From assembly GCF_016903815.1 (NCBI RefSeq), contig NZ_CP069973.1: a DNA stretch of 64,000 nucleotides; one strand, 5' to 3'. Made by a program: the position numbers and the translations under genes. Source of the DNA: Escherichia coli (GTDB lineage: Bacteria > Pseudomonadota > Gammaproteobacteria > Enterobacterales > Enterobacteriaceae). The notes under the pieces are model-generated. The model made no database searches, was not told where the DNA came from, and worked only from the letters and a program-made list of their open reading frames with translations. Shown here in pieces: positions 21,496 through 34,061 of the stretch (the stretch's first letter is position 1; every line of letters starts with the position of its first letter).

Positions 21496-22890
21496 TCAAT
21501 ATGCCGCTTTGTTAACGAAGCCTTTGAATACCGTCAGGAAAACGATTTTGATATCGAACCAGACGCTCCATTCGCGGATGTACTCAAGGTCGAACTCGAC
21601 GCGTTTTTCCATTTTCTCCAGCGTGTCGGTTTCGCCGCGCCAGCCATTAATCTGCGCCCAGCCGGTAATGCCCGGTTTCACCTTATGGCGCAGCATGTAG
21701 CCTTCAATGAGCTGGCGATACTGTTCGTTATGCGCCACCGCGTGCGGACGTGGACCCACAATCGACATCCCCCCGGTCAGCACATTGATAAACTGCGGCA
21801 GTTCATCCAGCGAGGTGCGGCGCAGAAAGTTCCCCACTTTGGTGACGCGCGGATCGTTCTGCGTCGCCTGAGTCACCACTTTGTCGTTCTCCATCACTTT
21901 CATAGAACGGAACTTCCACACTTTGATCGGCTTGCCATCCATGCCGTAGCGAGTCTGGCGGAAAATAACCGGCCCCGGTGAGCTCAGTTTCACCGCCAGC
22001 GCAATGCAGCACAGCACCGGGGAGATCAGCAGCAGGATAAGCGTCGCCAGCACAATGTCTTCTGCACGTTTTATCAGACGGTTAACCCCGGAAAGCGGCG
22101 TGTCATACAGCGGCACCACCGGTACGCCGTTCATCTCTTCGATACGGGAATGGAGAATGTTGAAGGTAAAGACATCGGGGATCAGCAGCACCGAACAGGT
22201 GGTGTCCGCCAGTTGATGGACCAGTTTTTTCACTCGCGCGCCGTCGCACATCTGCATCGCGATATAGACGTTATGAATCTTGCCCGCTTTCGCATCCTCG
22301 ACCAGTTGTTGCAGATTGCCCGCCCAGTCGTTAGAAACGCCGCCCGGTTTTGGGTCGTGGTATACGCCCACCACTTCAAACCCTAACCACGGCTGATTAC
22401 GGAAGCTCTCCATCAGCATTTGTCCGGCGGCTAAATCCCCCGCCACCGCGACCATCCGCTTGTTATAGCCATGATTACGCAGCCAGCCCGCCCCAATGCG
22501 AATACATGAACGGCAAACCACCAGTCCGATGCTGGTCAGCCCATACCACGCCAGCCAGATTTTCAGTTGCGTGTCGAAATCATTGTTGAACGCCACCAGT
22601 CCGGCGCTGAAAATCACGCTTAAGGTCCAGTTTTGTAGCAGCAGGGCAAATTCTGTCGCGGCCCGAACACCGCGCCATGAGCGATAAAAATCGGTGATGC
22701 CGCCCAGCATCTGGAACACCACCAGCGTAATCAGCGCCACCAACAGGTGCATGTAGAGGAATGACAGTCCGCTGACTTCGCAAACCAGCCATAGCCCGGC
22801 AAACATGATGGTGATATCTGAAAAGCGTTGCACCATAGAGATTAACGATGCATTGGTTTTCGCTCGCTCGCGCTTTTTTAGATTTGTCAT
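21496..22890 (-). CDS. wcaJ: Undecaprenyl-phosphate glucose-1-phosphate transferase
   Basis: Start trimmed to MTNLKKRERAKT (464 aa); C-terminal sugar-transferase domain (bacterial sugar transferase motif region). Confidence 0.9.
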   Translation of the reverse strand: MTNLKKRERAKTNASLISMVQRFSDITIMFAGLWLVCEVSGLSFLYMHLLVALITLVVFQMLGGITDFYRSWRGVRAATEFALLLQNWTLSVIFSAGLVAFNNDFDTQLKIWLAWYGLTSIGLVVCRSCIRIGAGWLRNHGYNKRMVAVAGDLAAGQMLMESFRNQPWLGFEVVGVYHDPKPGGVSNDWAGNLQQLVEDAKAGKIHNVYIAMQMCDGARVKKLVHQLADTTCSVLLIPDVFTFNILHSRIEEMNGVPVVPLYDTPLSGVNRLIKRAEDIVLATLILLLISPVLCCIALAVKLSSPGPVIFRQTRYGMDGKPIKVWKFRSMKVMENDKVVTQATQNDPRVTKVGNFLRRTSLDELPQFINVLTGGMSIVGPRPHAVAHNEQYRQLIEGYMLRHKVKPGITGWAQINGWRGETDTLEKMEKRVEFDLEYIREWSVWFDIKIVFLTVFKGFVNKAAY

Positions 22891-23024
22891 CGTTGTTCCT
22901 GTTCTATTGTCGCCTCGCCCCTCACCCCGGCCCTCTCCCAAAGGGGCGAGGGGGAGAAGAAAGTTCCGTGCTCACTTCTCTCCGCAGGCAGTAGAGCGTC
23001 AGGGTGAGGGGGAAAGTAATGACA

Positions 23025-24395
23025 TTACTCGTTCAGCAACGTCAGCAGAGTTCGCGTTCGCGCTTCCATCAGCGGTACATCACCGCGCGATTCCACATTC
23101 AACCGCACCACCGGTTCGGTGTTGGAGGAACGCAGGTTAAAGCGCCAGTCGGCAAAGGTCATGCTGATACCATCGGTGCGATCCACTGCCAGCGCCTCAC
23201 GGCTAAAGTGCTGTTCCACGCGGTTAATCGCCTCAACGGGTTGCGCCAGTTTGCTGTTGATCTCACCGCTTGCCGGAAACGCCGCCATCCGGTCGCGTAC
23301 CAGTTCGCCCAGCGTTTTTCCTTTCAGGCACACCAGTTCGGCGACCAGCAGCCATGGGATCATGCCGCTGTCGCAGTAAGCGAAATCACGGAAGTAATGG
23401 TGGGCGCTCATTTCGCCACCGTAGATGGCGTCTTCCTTGCGCATCCGTTCTTTAATAAAGGCGTGTCCGGTTTTCGACATTACCGGCGTGCCGCCTGCAG
23501 CAGTCACCACATCAATAGTGTTCCAGGAGAGACGCGGATCATGGATGATCTTCGCGCCGGGATTTTTTTCGAGGAACGCTTCTGCCAGCAGGCCGACAAT
23601 GTAGTAGCCCTCGATAAACTGCCCTTTTTCGTCAAACAGAAAACAGCGGTCAAAATCGCCATCAAAGGCAATGCCCATATCCGCGCCGTGTTTGATGACC
23701 GCATTGCGGGTGTCGTCGCGACATTCCGGTAGCAGCGGGTTAGGAATACCGTTGGGGAAATTGCCGTCCGGTGTGTTGTGTACTTTGATTAATTCCACGG
23801 GCGCGCCGAGGGCTTTAAAGCGGGCTTCAATGGCGTCCACCACCGGACCCGCTGCGCCATTCCCGGAGTTGATCACCAGCTTGAGCGGCGTGAGATTTTT
23901 GACATTGATATAACCGAACAGGTGATCAACGTAAGCGTCACGCAGGTTGATTTGCTGATAGCGACCGCGTTTGGTTTCATCGACGGGAGGAAAGTCGTTG
24001 GCTTCAGCCAGACGCTGGACGTCGCGCAGTCCGGTATCTCCGCTGATCGGGCGAGCCCCCTCGCGAACCAGCTTCATGCCGTTATAATCCATCGGATTAT
24101 GGCTGGCGGTAACTTCAATGCCGCCATCCACGCCGAGATGGAACGTGGCGAAATAGATCTCTTCGGTGCCGGACATACCAATATCCAGCACGTCAACGCC
24201 CGCATCCTGTAAACCTTTTGCCAGCGCCAGTTTTAAGGTTTCGCTGGTGAGACGGACATCACCGCCTAACACAATGGTTTTCGGTTTGAGAAATTCGCCA
24301 TAGGCGCGACCAATGCGCCAGGCGATATCTTCATTCAGTTCTTCGCCTAATTTCCCGCGAATATCATAGGCTTTAAAGCAGGTTAATTTTTTCAT
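23025..24395 (-). CDS. cpsG: Phosphomannomutase
   Basis: Start trimmed to [14 protein letters not shown] (456 aa); contains the TASHNP active-site motif of phosphohexomutases. Confidence 0.9.
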   Translation of the reverse strand: MKKLTCFKAYDIRGKLGEELNEDIAWRIGRAYGEFLKPKTIVLGGDVRLTSETLKLALAKGLQDAGVDVLDIGMSGTEEIYFATFHLGVDGGIEVTASHNPMDYNGMKLVREGARPISGDTGLRDVQRLAEANDFPPVDETKRGRYQQINLRDAYVDHLFGYINVKNLTPLKLVINSGNGAAGPVVDAIEARFKALGAPVELIKVHNTPDGNFPNGIPNPLLPECRDDTRNAVIKHGADMGIAFDGDFDRCFLFDEKGQFIEGYYIVGLLAEAFLEKNPGAKIIHDPRLSWNTIDVVTAAGGTPVMSKTGHAFIKERMRKEDAIYGGEMSAHHYFRDFAYCDSGMIPWLLVAELVCLKGKTLGELVRDRMAAFPASGEINSKLAQPVEAINRVEQHFSREALAVDRTDGISMTFADWRFNLRSSNTEPVVRLNVESRGDVPLMEARTRTLLTLLNE

Positions 24396-24485
24396 GTCGT
24401 TACCCTTTTTCAGGCAATAGTTGGCCCTGACCGAAACGGCCAATTTTGTTTTTGTCGTTATTTACATCTCGGTTTCGCATTCATT

Positions 24486-24575
<90 letters not shown>

Positions 24576-24587
24576 CTGATGCGACGT

Positions 24588-26024
24588 TTACACCCGTCCG
24601 TAGCGATCCGCGAAACGCACCACATCATCCTCTTCGAGATAAGAGCCGGAGCGCACTTCAATTAAATCGAGCGGAATTTTCCCCGGGTTTTCCAGGCAAT
24701 GCGTCGCCCCCAGCGGAATATAAATGGACTCGTTTTCACCAAGCAGTTTGATATCACCATCAATGGTGACTTTTGCCGTTCCCGCGACAACCACCCAGTG
24801 TTCCGCGCGGTGATGGTGCATCTGTACCGACAAGCCCTCGCCCGGTTTCACGGTGATGCGTTTCACCTGGTAGCGGTCGCCCGCGTCGATAGAGTCATAT
24901 TTGCCCCACGGGCGATAGACTTCGCGATGCACCCGATGCTCATGGCGACCATCGGCTTTGATCTGCTCGACCACTTTTTTCACATCCTGCACCGCGTTAC
25001 GGTCGGCAATCAGCACCGCATCTTTGGTCTGCACCACTACCAGATCTTTCACCCCGACGGTGGTTACGAGGCCAGATTCGGCGTACACATAGCTGTTTTC
25101 AGTTTTGTGATTAATCACATCGCCGTGGCAAACGTTGCCCTCGGCGGTGTGGGCGCTAATTTCCCATAATGAGGACCAGGAGCCGACATCGCTCCAGCCC
25201 GCATCCATCGGCACCACAACGGCATCTGCCGTACGTTCCATGACCGCGTAATCCACCGACTCTTCCGGGCAGGCGAGAAACGCTTCTTCATCCACACGAA
25301 TAAAATCGAGATCCGGATCGACGGCGCTCATCGCTTTTTCACAGGCATCGAGAATATCCGGACGATATTTTTTCAGTTCTTCGAGATAGCGTCCGGCGCG
25401 GAACAGGAACATGCCGCTGTTCCAGTAATATTCGCCGCTTGCCACATAGGCCTGGGCGGTTTCCAGATTCGGTTTTTCGACAAACTGCGCCACTTCAAAG
25501 GCCACCGTATCCTGCTCACCCGCAGACACTTCACCGCGACGAATATAGCCATAACCGGTTTCTGGTAGATCCGGCACAATGCCGAAGGTCACCAGCTTGC
25601 CCGCTTCGGCATATGGCATGGCATTACGCACGGCGGCACGGAACGCGTCTTCATCGGCAATCACATGATCCGCCGCCAATACCAGCATTAACGGGTCGCT
25701 CTCCGGGCTATGACGTTTTGCCGCCAGCGCCGCCAGCGCAATGGCAGGTGCCGTGTTTCGCCCTGCCGGTTCGAGAATAATGTTCTCGGTAAGTTTGTTC
25801 AGTTGACGCAGCTGTTCCGCGACAATAAAGCGGTGCTGCTCATTGCAAATCACCACCGGGCTTTCGCACTCCACGCCGTTCAGGCGGCAGATGGTGGTTT
25901 GCAGCATGGTGAGATCGCCTTTCAGGCATAAAAACTGCTTGGGGTAAAGTACGCGGGAAAGCGGCCATAAGCGGCTACCGGAGCCACCTGCCATCACAAC
26001 TGGATAGAGTTTCGACTGCGCCAT
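24588..26024 (-). CDS. cpsB: Mannose-1-phosphate guanylyltransferase
   Basis: 478 aa; [24 protein letters not shown] nucleotidyltransferase N-terminus and C-terminal cupin region. Confidence 0.9.
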   Translation of the reverse strand: MAQSKLYPVVMAGGSGSRLWPLSRVLYPKQFLCLKGDLTMLQTTICRLNGVECESPVVICNEQHRFIVAEQLRQLNKLTENIILEPAGRNTAPAIALAALAAKRHSPESDPLMLVLAADHVIADEDAFRAAVRNAMPYAEAGKLVTFGIVPDLPETGYGYIRRGEVSAGEQDTVAFEVAQFVEKPNLETAQAYVASGEYYWNSGMFLFRAGRYLEELKKYRPDILDACEKAMSAVDPDLDFIRVDEEAFLACPEESVDYAVMERTADAVVVPMDAGWSDVGSWSSLWEISAHTAEGNVCHGDVINHKTENSYVYAESGLVTTVGVKDLVVVQTKDAVLIADRNAVQDVKKVVEQIKADGRHEHRVHREVYRPWGKYDSIDAGDRYQVKRITVKPGEGLSVQMHHHRAEHWVVVAGTAKVTIDGDIKLLGENESIYIPLGATHCLENPGKIPLDLIEVRSGSYLEEDDVVRFADRYGRV

Positions 26025-26026
26025 AA

Positions 26027-27250
26027 TTATCCCCGAATATCATTTATAAATTGACGTAACACGTTCTCTTTATCGAGTGTGCGTTCGGCATATTCACGTG
26101 CCACCGTGTTGTGTTTGGGCAGCAGGAGCGCCTGACGGATCCCCGCCACCAGCGCCTCGACCGATTCCGGTTCTACGCAAACCGCAATGCCCGGAAAGGT
26201 TTCGCAAAGCTGCCCCAGTTCTGTGTGGGCCTCTGCGGTAATCACCGCGTTACCGCCTACCGCCAGAATATTGGTCAGTTTCGACGGCAATACGGCATCT
26301 GCCGCGCCGCGTTTTTGCACCACCAGATGGCAATCGCCCATCTTCAGCAGTGCGGGTAAAGCGTCATACGATTGCAGCGGGAAAAATTGCATGTTGCGCA
26401 GTCCACGCTGCTGCGCCATTTTTTCCAGCCGCGCTTTGCCGCCGCCCTGCCCGACAATGGCAAAAATCAGCGGTTCATCGCGCAGACGATCGGCAGCTTC
26501 AATAACGTTTTCCAGCCCCTGCTTTTCACCAATATTGCCGGAGTAAAGAATGATTTTTTTGTTATCCGGCAGGTCAAGCTGGTTACGAAGGGCGTCAACA
26601 TCGGCATCTGCAACATGCTGAAAACGGGCAATTTCCGACCAGTTGGGGAAGAAGATGACGTTTTCCGCCGCCACGCCTTTTTCGATGGCTTTATTCATCA
26701 TCGAACGCGAAATCGTGGAGACGTTATCGACGTTATGCAGTCCGCTACGTTCGAACGCCGTTGCCAGCTGTGCCACTTTGCCGCCTTTGCCTTTTCCGGC
26801 AAGGCCCAGCCCCAGCATGGCGTTCACTTCGTAATCCTGAATATGCAGCACGGTACGCGCACCAGAGAGTTTCGCCAGCAGACGCATTCCCGGCGTGCAA
26901 AACAGCGTTGGCACCACGCCGATAATGCGATCCGGCTTCCAGCGACGTTGCGCCATCAACGGGAAAAAACTGCTGACGGCAAAACTGCCGAGATGCAACA
27001 GGCGTTTCAGGGTGCTCGGCTGTTTTGGCACGTACAGCGGGCAGCGCCACACCGTGGCGGCCCCCTCTTCTCGTTTGTAGCGCCAGGCGGAATAGTTCTC
27101 GCCCACCTGCCACTGCGGGTAGTAAGGCGGTGCGGTAATGACCCGCACCTCATGACCTTGTGCCGCCAGCCATTCCACCATCTCGCCGGTGTATTTGCCG
27201 ATGCCGGTTAACTCCGGCGAGTAGTTAATGCCGTAGACCAGTATTTTCAT
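26027..27250 (-). CDS. wcaI: Colanic acid glycosyltransferase WcaI
   Basis: 407 aa GT-B glycosyltransferase, [20 protein letters not shown]. Confidence 0.85.
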   Translation of the reverse strand: MKILVYGINYSPELTGIGKYTGEMVEWLAAQGHEVRVITAPPYYPQWQVGENYSAWRYKREEGAATVWRCPLYVPKQPSTLKRLLHLGSFAVSSFFPLMAQRRWKPDRIIGVVPTLFCTPGMRLLAKLSGARTVLHIQDYEVNAMLGLGLAGKGKGGKVAQLATAFERSGLHNVDNVSTISRSMMNKAIEKGVAAENVIFFPNWSEIARFQHVADADVDALRNQLDLPDNKKIILYSGNIGEKQGLENVIEAADRLRDEPLIFAIVGQGGGKARLEKMAQQRGLRNMQFFPLQSYDALPALLKMGDCHLVVQKRGAADAVLPSKLTNILAVGGNAVITAEAHTELGQLCETFPGIAVCVEPESVEALVAGIRQALLLPKHNTVAREYAERTLDKENVLRQFINDIRG

Positions 27251-27729
27251 AATCCGGGTACTCCGGCACGCTTCTCAGCGAGAAAATAGGCGCGGCTGTT
27301 AGCGTGAACATTGTCACTGGCGAGCAGTGCGTCCGGCGTCAGCCAGCGGTAATCGTCATGCTGTTCATCCGGCAGTAACAGCTCTTCTTCAGCGACTCTG
27401 AAGCGAAAACCGAGCACCACATAGTGAGTGGTGAAATCCGTGCCGGAGAAGTTATCGTCATAAAAGTGCTGCCAGACACCGTAAAACTTGCCTGATGTTA
27501 TCGGCAGACGCAGCCCCAGTTCCGCCATCGTCAGCCGCACAAATGCGGCTTCCAGCGTTTCGTCTTTCTGCACGCGCCCTCCCGGCACAAACCAGTAACC
27601 CTGCGCCGGGCGGTTGGTTCTTTTGCCAAGCAGAAACTCGCCGCGACTGTTCTCGACAATAAAGTCGAGAGAGACAAGCGGTGTGGAGCGCACTACAGTG
27701 GCAAAGTCTTCCTGACGTAAAAACATCAT
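27247..27729 (-). CDS. gmm: GDP-mannose mannosyl hydrolase (Nudix)
   Basis: 160 aa with a Nudix-like fold, in the expected position between wcaI and fcl; true start may be the second Met. Confidence 0.85.
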   Translation of the reverse strand: MMFLRQEDFATVVRSTPLVSLDFIVENSRGEFLLGKRTNRPAQGYWFVPGGRVQKDETLEAAFVRLTMAELGLRLPITSGKFYGVWQHFYDDNFSGTDFTTHYVVLGFRFRVAEEELLLPDEQHDDYRWLTPDALLASDNVHANSRAYFLAEKRAGVPGL

Positions 27730-28694
27730 TCCCCCCGAAAGCGGTCTTGATTCTCAAGGAACCACTGGTAAGTGCTGGCAAGCCCCGCTTCCAGTGAGAT
27801 TTCGTGATACCAGCCAAGCTGATGCAGGCGCGTCACATCCAGCAGTTTGCGCGGCGTACCATCCGGTTTGCTGGCATCAAAAACCACCCGACCTTTGTAA
27901 CCCACCACTTTGGCGATGGTTTGCGCCAGCTCGCGGATAGTGCAGTCAACGCCCGTACCAACGTTAATGTGCGACAGCATCGGCTGGGTGTTCTCCAGCC
28001 AGACTTCATGCGCCAGCTCCATGACATGAATGCTCGCCGCCGCCATGTCATCGACGTGCAGGAATTCACGCATCGGTGTACCGCTGCCCCATACCACCAC
28101 GTCCGGCGCATTCTGTGCCGTCGCCTCGTGGAAGCGACGCAGCAATGCTGGGATCACATGCGAGTTACTCGGGTGGAAGTTGTCATGCGGCCCGTACAGG
28201 TTGGTCGGCATGACAGAGCGGTAATCGCGTCCATACTGGCGGTTGTATGATTCGCACAGTTTGATCCCGGCGATTTTGGCAATGGCGTAAGGCTCGTTGG
28301 TCGGCTCCAGCGTGCCCTGCAATAACTCGCTTTCTGCCATCGGCTGTTTTGCCAGTTTCGGGTAGATGCAGGACGATCCGAGAAACAGCAGTTTGTTCGC
28401 GTCGTTCTGATGCGCGGCGTGAATGATGTTGCTCTCAATCATCATGTTCTGGTAGATGAAATCCGCCGGATAGGTGTTGTTGGCAACAATGCCGCCCACT
28501 TTCGCCGCCGCCAGATAGACCTGGTCAATGCGTTCGCTGGCAAAGAAATCATGCACGGCGCGGCTGTCCAGCAGGTTCAGCTCGTCGCGGGTACGTAATA
28601 CCAGCTCCACATCACCGCGCTGTTCGAGCTGCCGCTTGATGGCAGAACCGACCATCCCACGATGGCCAGCGATAAAAATGCGTTGTTTACTCAT
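27726..28694 (-). CDS. fcl: GDP-L-fucose synthase
   Basis: 322 aa; [19 protein letters not shown] with a YxxxK SDR motif. Confidence 0.9.
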   Translation of the reverse strand: MSKQRIFIAGHRGMVGSAIKRQLEQRGDVELVLRTRDELNLLDSRAVHDFFASERIDQVYLAAAKVGGIVANNTYPADFIYQNMMIESNIIHAAHQNDANKLLFLGSSCIYPKLAKQPMAESELLQGTLEPTNEPYAIAKIAGIKLCESYNRQYGRDYRSVMPTNLYGPHDNFHPSNSHVIPALLRRFHEATAQNAPDVVVWGSGTPMREFLHVDDMAAASIHVMELAHEVWLENTQPMLSHINVGTGVDCTIRELAQTIAKVVGYKGRVVFDASKPDGTPRKLLDVTRLHQLGWYHEISLEAGLASTYQWFLENQDRFRGE

Positions 28695-28696
28695 GC

Positions 28697-29818
28697 TTAT
28701 GACTCCAGCGCGATCGCCACGTCGTAGCCGTGAGATTTCAGCAGAGAGTGTTTTTTCGCCGCTTCGAGGTCATTAGCCACCATTTCAGACACCATCTCTC
28801 TGAGGGTGATTTCCGGTTTCCAGCCCAGTTTTTCGTGCGCTTTGGTCGGGTCGCCGAGCAGCGTTTCAACTTCCGCCGGACGGAAGTAACGCGGGTCAAC
28901 GGCGATAATCACATCGCCCGGTTTAACGCCCGGCGCGTCATGCCCGGTGACGGAAACCACAATGCCCTTCTCTTCAACGCCCGTGCCTTCAAAGCGCAGT
29001 TTGATGCCCAGCTGTGCTGCCGCCATTTCCACGAACTGACGTACGGAGTACTGAACGCCGGTCGCGATAACGAAATCTTCTGGCTGTTCCTGTTGCAGCA
29101 TCATCCACTGCATTTTTACGTAGTCTTTGGCGTGGCCCCAGTCACGCAGGGAATCCATATTGCCGAGGTACAGGCACGACTCCAGCCCCTGGGCGATGTT
29201 GGCGATTGCGCGGGTGATTTTGCGGGTAACGAAGGTTTCGCCGCGGCGCGGGGATTCATGGTTGAAGAGAATACCGTTACAGGCGTACATGCCGTAGGAT
29301 TCGCGGTAGTTAACGGTGATCCAGTAGGCATACAGTTTGGCGACCGCATACGGAGATCGCGGGTAGAACGGCGTGGTTTCTTTCTGCGGAATTTCCTGCA
29401 CCAGACCGTACAGTTCAGAGGTGGAAGCCTGATAGAAACGGGTTTTCTTTTCCAGACCGAGGAAGCGGATCGCCTCCAGCAGGCGCAGCGTACCCATCGC
29501 GTCGACGTCAGCGGTATATTCCGGTGACTCAAAAGAAACCGCAACGTGGCTCATTGCGCCCAGGTTGTACACTTCATCCGGCTGCACTTCACGCAAAATG
29601 CGCGTCAGGTTGGAGGTATCACTCAGGTCGCCATAATGCAGATGGAATTTCGGGTTGCAGGTGTGCGGATCCTGATAAATGTGATCCACGCGCTCGGTGT
29701 TGAATGACGATGCACGACGCTTAATACCATGCACCTCGTAACCTTTTTCCAGCAGAAACTCTGCCAGGTAAGAACCGTCTTGTCCGGTTACACCGGTGAT
29801 GAGAGCGACTTTTGACAT
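28697..29818 (-). CDS. gmd: GDP-mannose 4,6-dehydratase
   Basis: 373 aa; [35 protein letters not shown] is classic Gmd. Confidence 0.95.
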
Positions 29819-29843
29819 GTCTTATTCCTCTGTATTTTTGAAT

Positions 29844-30392
29844 TTATTCAGTTTCAACGCGTTCGCGTATCACCACTGCGGGATTCCCCCGGCAAACCAC
29901 ATTTGCCGGAAGCGATTTAAAAACACTGCTTCGTGCACCCACGACGGTGCCGTAGCCAATCGTGACGCCTGGGGCAACAAAGACATCGGTTGCCAGCCAG
30001 CATTTCTCGCCAATCACAATAGGCGTGGCGTTAATGGTGAAATGTTGACTTGCATGGTCGTGGCTACCGGTGCATAAATAACTTTTTTGCGATATCACCG
30101 AATGTGCGCCAATGGTTATTTCACCGAGGGTATATAAATTGACGTCATCGCCGACCCACGCGTAATCACCTAAGGTTAATTTCCACGGATAGGTAATTTT
30201 TACTGACGGACGAATAACTACGTTTTTTCCTATTTTTGCTCCGAATAAACGTAATAAAAAAGCCCGCCAGCGATACAATACTTGTGGCGACCAGGCAAAT
30301 ATTGTTGCCTGTACTGCCCACCATAATTGCACTTTAATAGCGTTGCCGCCCCGGAACCCTTTCGGCACCGAGAAACCGCTTAAATCTTGCAT
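29844..30392 (-). CDS. wcaF: Colanic acid acetyltransferase WcaF
   Basis: 182 aa hexapeptide-repeat (left-handed beta-helix) acyltransferase. Confidence 0.85.
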   Translation of the reverse strand: MQDLSGFSVPKGFRGGNAIKVQLWWAVQATIFAWSPQVLYRWRAFLLRLFGAKIGKNVVIRPSVKITYPWKLTLGDYAWVGDDVNLYTLGEITIGAHSVISQKSYLCTGSHDHASQHFTINATPIVIGEKCWLATDVFVAPGVTIGYGTVVGARSSVFKSLPANVVCRGNPAVVIRERVETE

Positions 30393-30407
30393 TGGTTTTC
30401 CTTATAT

Positions 30408-31154
30408 TCAGACTTTGTTATATAAGGCTTTCGTCTTTGAGGTAGTACGTTGGCGTAAATGCCAGGATAATTCAGCCCAGAAGCCAGGCACATGTAATAT
30501 TTGTCGTTGGACTTTTTTCGCGTCAGCACACAATTCCATATTATTGGTGGTTGATACCCCACCCATGGAAAATTCAGACACCAGGCCATTGAGTTTTTTA
30601 AATGCATAACCGGCTTTATACATTTTGGCTGCCAGCGCGTAGTCGGAAGAAACTTTATATTCCAGGTCATAACGCCATTTTTTCAAGCCGGATACAGGGA
30701 AAAATATCGCCTGATGACTGGCGGGCAGGCTGTGATAAATATACCAGCCCGGTTTGGCGCTACGTTTAATTTTATGCCCGTCGCCAAAATCCAGCAGCGC
30801 ATCGCCGGTGATCATCATGTTATCTTTTTGCATTTTTAACTTACGGACAAAATTTGCGGCATCCTGATGAAAAATATCGCCCGAATTGAGAAACAACGCG
30901 AACTTGCCTTGTGCCATCGTAATGCCTTTGTTCATGGCGTCGTAGATACCGTTATCTGGCTCGCTGACAAAGCGTAGGTTATAGATACCATTGAGATTTT
31001 CCAGATACTCACGGGTGCCGTCATTGGAACCGCCATCGACAACAATCCATTCGAAGCTGATATCTTCCGCCTGCGCCAGATGCGCCAGCGAGGCATGTGT
31101 TTTGACTATCCCTTCGAGGTTACGAAACGCGACAGTGATTATGCTAAGCAACAT
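30408..31154 (-). CDS. wcaE: Colanic acid glycosyltransferase WcaE
   Basis: 248 aa GT2-like ([11 protein letters not shown]). Confidence 0.85.
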   Translation of the reverse strand: MLLSIITVAFRNLEGIVKTHASLAHLAQAEDISFEWIVVDGGSNDGTREYLENLNGIYNLRFVSEPDNGIYDAMNKGITMAQGKFALFLNSGDIFHQDAANFVRKLKMQKDNMMITGDALLDFGDGHKIKRSAKPGWYIYHSLPASHQAIFFPVSGLKKWRYDLEYKVSSDYALAAKMYKAGYAFKKLNGLVSEFSMGGVSTTNNMELCADAKKVQRQILHVPGFWAELSWHLRQRTTSKTKALYNKV

Positions 31155-31164
31155 GTTCTTATTC

Positions 31165-32382
31165 TTACCTCGTAATATTTAACGCTTTTCGCAAAATAAA
31201 CGGACAGACGATTAAAAATGCATATTCCGGGCTAAATATCGAACCGGTAAAAAACAGCGATACCGGAGTAAAAAGATATAATTGCACGCGAAAATTGCGG
31301 TTATCACCAAAAGCGTTGATCATCATTTTTATCACTTTCCCCATGTACCACAGCGATAAAAACACTGCGAACCAGGAAAAATAAATAATCAGCAGATACA
31401 AACCATTGTCTATGGTTTTTCCGACATCCGCACCGTTAAATATTCCGAATGATGCGACGTATTCATAAAGTGAGCCAAATCTGACTACACCGTCAATATG
31501 GGTCAAAGAATAACCGACCATCACCAGCGGACCGACAATACGATAATACGATGACGATCCTTCCGTACCTAAATCGCCCAGACGGGTGGAAATATAAGGA
31601 AACGCGATTACCACACCAACCAGGAATACAGCCAGAGAAATCAATGCCAACGGTAACTTTTTCTTAATCGCCTCTTTATTCAGATATTGAAATGCCCACT
31701 CCAGCAAATAAAACAGGATAAAGGTCATAACCCCTGAAAACGATCCGGATAATATTATCCCTGCGAGAATCATAGCATCGGTTTTAGGCGTTTTGATACC
31801 AAACTGTTTGATGCTGAGCCAAATTGAGATTAATGCCAGAGCGAAAAATGCCGGTTCGAAATAAAGTGCTGTCGTGCGCTTGCCGCCGAATTTAATGAAA
31901 TTCAGTACATAGCTGTTGCTGTAAATCAGATATTTCGAAATCGACTCCATAATACTGCTGCCACCGGTGAGGATAATTTGCGCCATCTCCACCGCCGCCA
32001 GCGCCACCACCAGCCCGACCACCAGATAAAAGAAACGTAATATCTTGCGATGGTTGTGTGGCGAAATCGTTTTAAAGCGAATACTCCACACCATGCCAAT
32101 AATGATCACAATATAGACAAACAGCATGGTTGAAGTGACGTATTTACTGGCATCCAACGACTGACCAAACAGATAGTTGAACGCCGTGAGTCCCGCACCA
32201 ATCCCTAAGGCAATCATCAATTTTTTAACGCTGATGCGTTCTAAAAACAGCAGTAACAAGACAGGTAAAAAAGTGACGATAGTGATGGGGAAACTTTCAC
32301 CAAGCTGGGCGATTTTGACGTTAACCAGCAGGTAGATCAGCGGCAGCAGCAGGTAGCTACAGATTCTGATAGAAGTTGACAT
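31165..32382 (-). CDS. wcaD: Colanic acid polymerase
   Basis: Start trimmed to [15 protein letters not shown] (405 aa); multi-TM protein. The longer ORF to 32454 overlaps wcaC. Confidence 0.8.
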   Translation of the reverse strand: MSTSIRICSYLLLPLIYLLVNVKIAQLGESFPITIVTFLPVLLLLFLERISVKKLMIALGIGAGLTAFNYLFGQSLDASKYVTSTMLFVYIVIIIGMVWSIRFKTISPHNHRKILRFFYLVVGLVVALAAVEMAQIILTGGSSIMESISKYLIYSNSYVLNFIKFGGKRTTALYFEPAFFALALISIWLSIKQFGIKTPKTDAMILAGIILSGSFSGVMTFILFYLLEWAFQYLNKEAIKKKLPLALISLAVFLVGVVIAFPYISTRLGDLGTEGSSSYYRIVGPLVMVGYSLTHIDGVVRFGSLYEYVASFGIFNGADVGKTIDNGLYLLIIYFSWFAVFLSLWYMGKVIKMMINAFGDNRNFRVQLYLFTPVSLFFTGSIFSPEYAFLIVCPFILRKALNITR

Positions 32383-33574
32383 ACTCCTCCAGCATCTGTT
32401 GTCCACTGTAGGCGGCGCGGCTGCGTTGGCTGAACTCAGCCAGCGTGGTACCAAATATCGCCTGCGCGATTTCCGGTTTGCTTAACTGCACCAGTTGCAG
32501 CACCTCTTCTTCACTGACGGTTTTACCACCGGATTTTTGCAGCACTTCCCGCGCCGCATCGCTATGGGTGGCGATCACCGGCACGCCAATCGATAGCGCC
32601 TCACACAAAATCAGCGGGTAGTTATCGACGCGAGAACTGAACACCAGCGCATCCATCTGATTGAGCGCGCTCATCAACTTGCGCTTGTCAGTTTCAAAGC
32701 CGTGATTAACCACGTTGCCAGCGGTGAACGGCGAGAACTTACCAAAGGTATGCAGTTCAATTTTGTCGCCCAGCGCCATCATCTGACGCACCAGTTGCTG
32801 GTTAGTCTTGCCGTCGTAACGCAGGTCATGCGCCACCACCGCGATTTTCGGCTTGCCCTGGGTTTCGCGCACCGGAGGCAAGTCCGCCAGAATCGCTTCG
32901 GTTGCCATATCAATACCATTATTGATAATCCGGCAACGCCCTGGCCCGTACAGACTATTGAAAGCGTCAGCCACATGCTGGCTGGGGGAAATAAACTGAC
33001 AGCCCAGCGCCAGCATCTCGCGGAATAACTGGCGTTTGCCCGCCACCAGCTGGTGCGCGCGATCAATCTTCACCGGCGGATAGTTATTTAAGGTCGGGCA
33101 TTTCTGGCAGCCCGTTTTCCAGCCTTCGCAACCGTCGGTAAAGGCGCAGCGTCCGGTAACGCTCCAGTGGTCGTGTAACGTCCAGACCAGAGTGACGTCC
33201 GGTTTATGGTTTTTCACCTTCTCGCAAAAGCGCACCACGCTCTTAAGATTCAACCAGTAGCTGTGCAGCACATGCAAATGCAGGACCACCGGGCCCGGTG
33301 TGCGAGTAATGGTGCGATATAACTCATTGAAATTGCCGAACAGATCGCGATTAAACAGACGAAACAACGCAATGTTCGCCATCGCGGTCATCCGCGGCGT
33401 ATGTTTGATGACCTGCGGATAGTTCTGATGGCTGACGCTCTCTTTGCCGCCTTTGCCGTAGCCGTAGACAAAATGTGACGCCAGCCCCTGTTGCAGCGCA
33501 CGCTGGTGAAGATCTAACGCCACACCTGCTGCCCCGCCTTCCGCCAGTCGCACATTAAATTGCAAAATATTCAT
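32357..33574 (-). CDS. wcaC: Colanic acid glycosyltransferase WcaC
   Basis: 405 aa GT-B glycosyltransferase. Confidence 0.85.
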   Translation of the reverse strand: MNILQFNVRLAEGGAAGVALDLHQRALQQGLASHFVYGYGKGGKESVSHQNYPQVIKHTPRMTAMANIALFRLFNRDLFGNFNELYRTITRTPGPVVLHLHVLHSYWLNLKSVVRFCEKVKNHKPDVTLVWTLHDHWSVTGRCAFTDGCEGWKTGCQKCPTLNNYPPVKIDRAHQLVAGKRQLFREMLALGCQFISPSQHVADAFNSLYGPGRCRIINNGIDMATEAILADLPPVRETQGKPKIAVVAHDLRYDGKTNQQLVRQMMALGDKIELHTFGKFSPFTAGNVVNHGFETDKRKLMSALNQMDALVFSSRVDNYPLILCEALSIGVPVIATHSDAAREVLQKSGGKTVSEEEVLQLVQLSKPEIAQAIFGTTLAEFSQRSRAAYSGQQMLEEYVNFYQNL

Positions 33575-34059
33575 TTAATTACCTTCACTCGCGCTTTTTC
33601 TCCCACCACCAGCGCGTTGTCCGGGACAGAGTCGAGCACCACGCTGCCCGCGCCCACGGTGACATTGTTACCAAGCGTGATATCACCAAGAATAATAACG
33701 TTGGCACCGAGTTCGACGCCGTTGCCAATGTGTGGACATGCCATGTTATCGGCACCCCGATTGCCGATAGTGACGCCGTGGCGAATGGTGAAATCATCCC
33801 CCGCCACCACGTTTTTATTGATCACTACGGCGTAACCGTGATGGATAGTAAAGCGGCGGCCAATGGTCGCGGCGGCCTGGATTTCATAACCGAAAAAGCA
33901 TTCGGTGATAATGCGATACAGCACCAGCAGCGGGGCCGCCCACAGATTGTTGAGGACGTTCTTTTTGCGCCACACCGAACAAAAATGAGCAACACGATAG
34001 GCAAGAACCATGCAGCACGGGCGTAAACTCCAGCTGTTGGCACGCAGATCTTCCAGCAT
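33571..34059 (-). CDS. wcaB: Colanic acid acetyltransferase WcaB
   Basis: 162 aa hexapeptide-repeat serine-acetyltransferase-like protein. Confidence 0.85.
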   Translation of the reverse strand: MLEDLRANSWSLRPCCMVLAYRVAHFCSVWRKKNVLNNLWAAPLLVLYRIITECFFGYEIQAAATIGRRFTIHHGYAVVINKNVVAGDDFTIRHGVTIGNRGADNMACPHIGNGVELGANVIILGDITLGNNVTVGAGSVVLDSVPDNALVVGEKARVKVIK

Positions 34060-34061
34060 CT

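Noticed and set aside
22891-22941. N-terminal extensions of several ORF-track calls (wcaJ MGEGRGEGRG..., cpsG to 24443, wzc to 37192, wcaD to 32454, udk to 44515, mdtA from 55631, yegH from 39340, yegD from 49053, tnpA to 898)
   Set aside because: Internal start codons give proteins matching remembered lengths and N-termini of the known proteins; the extensions run into neighbouring genes or intergenic repeats.
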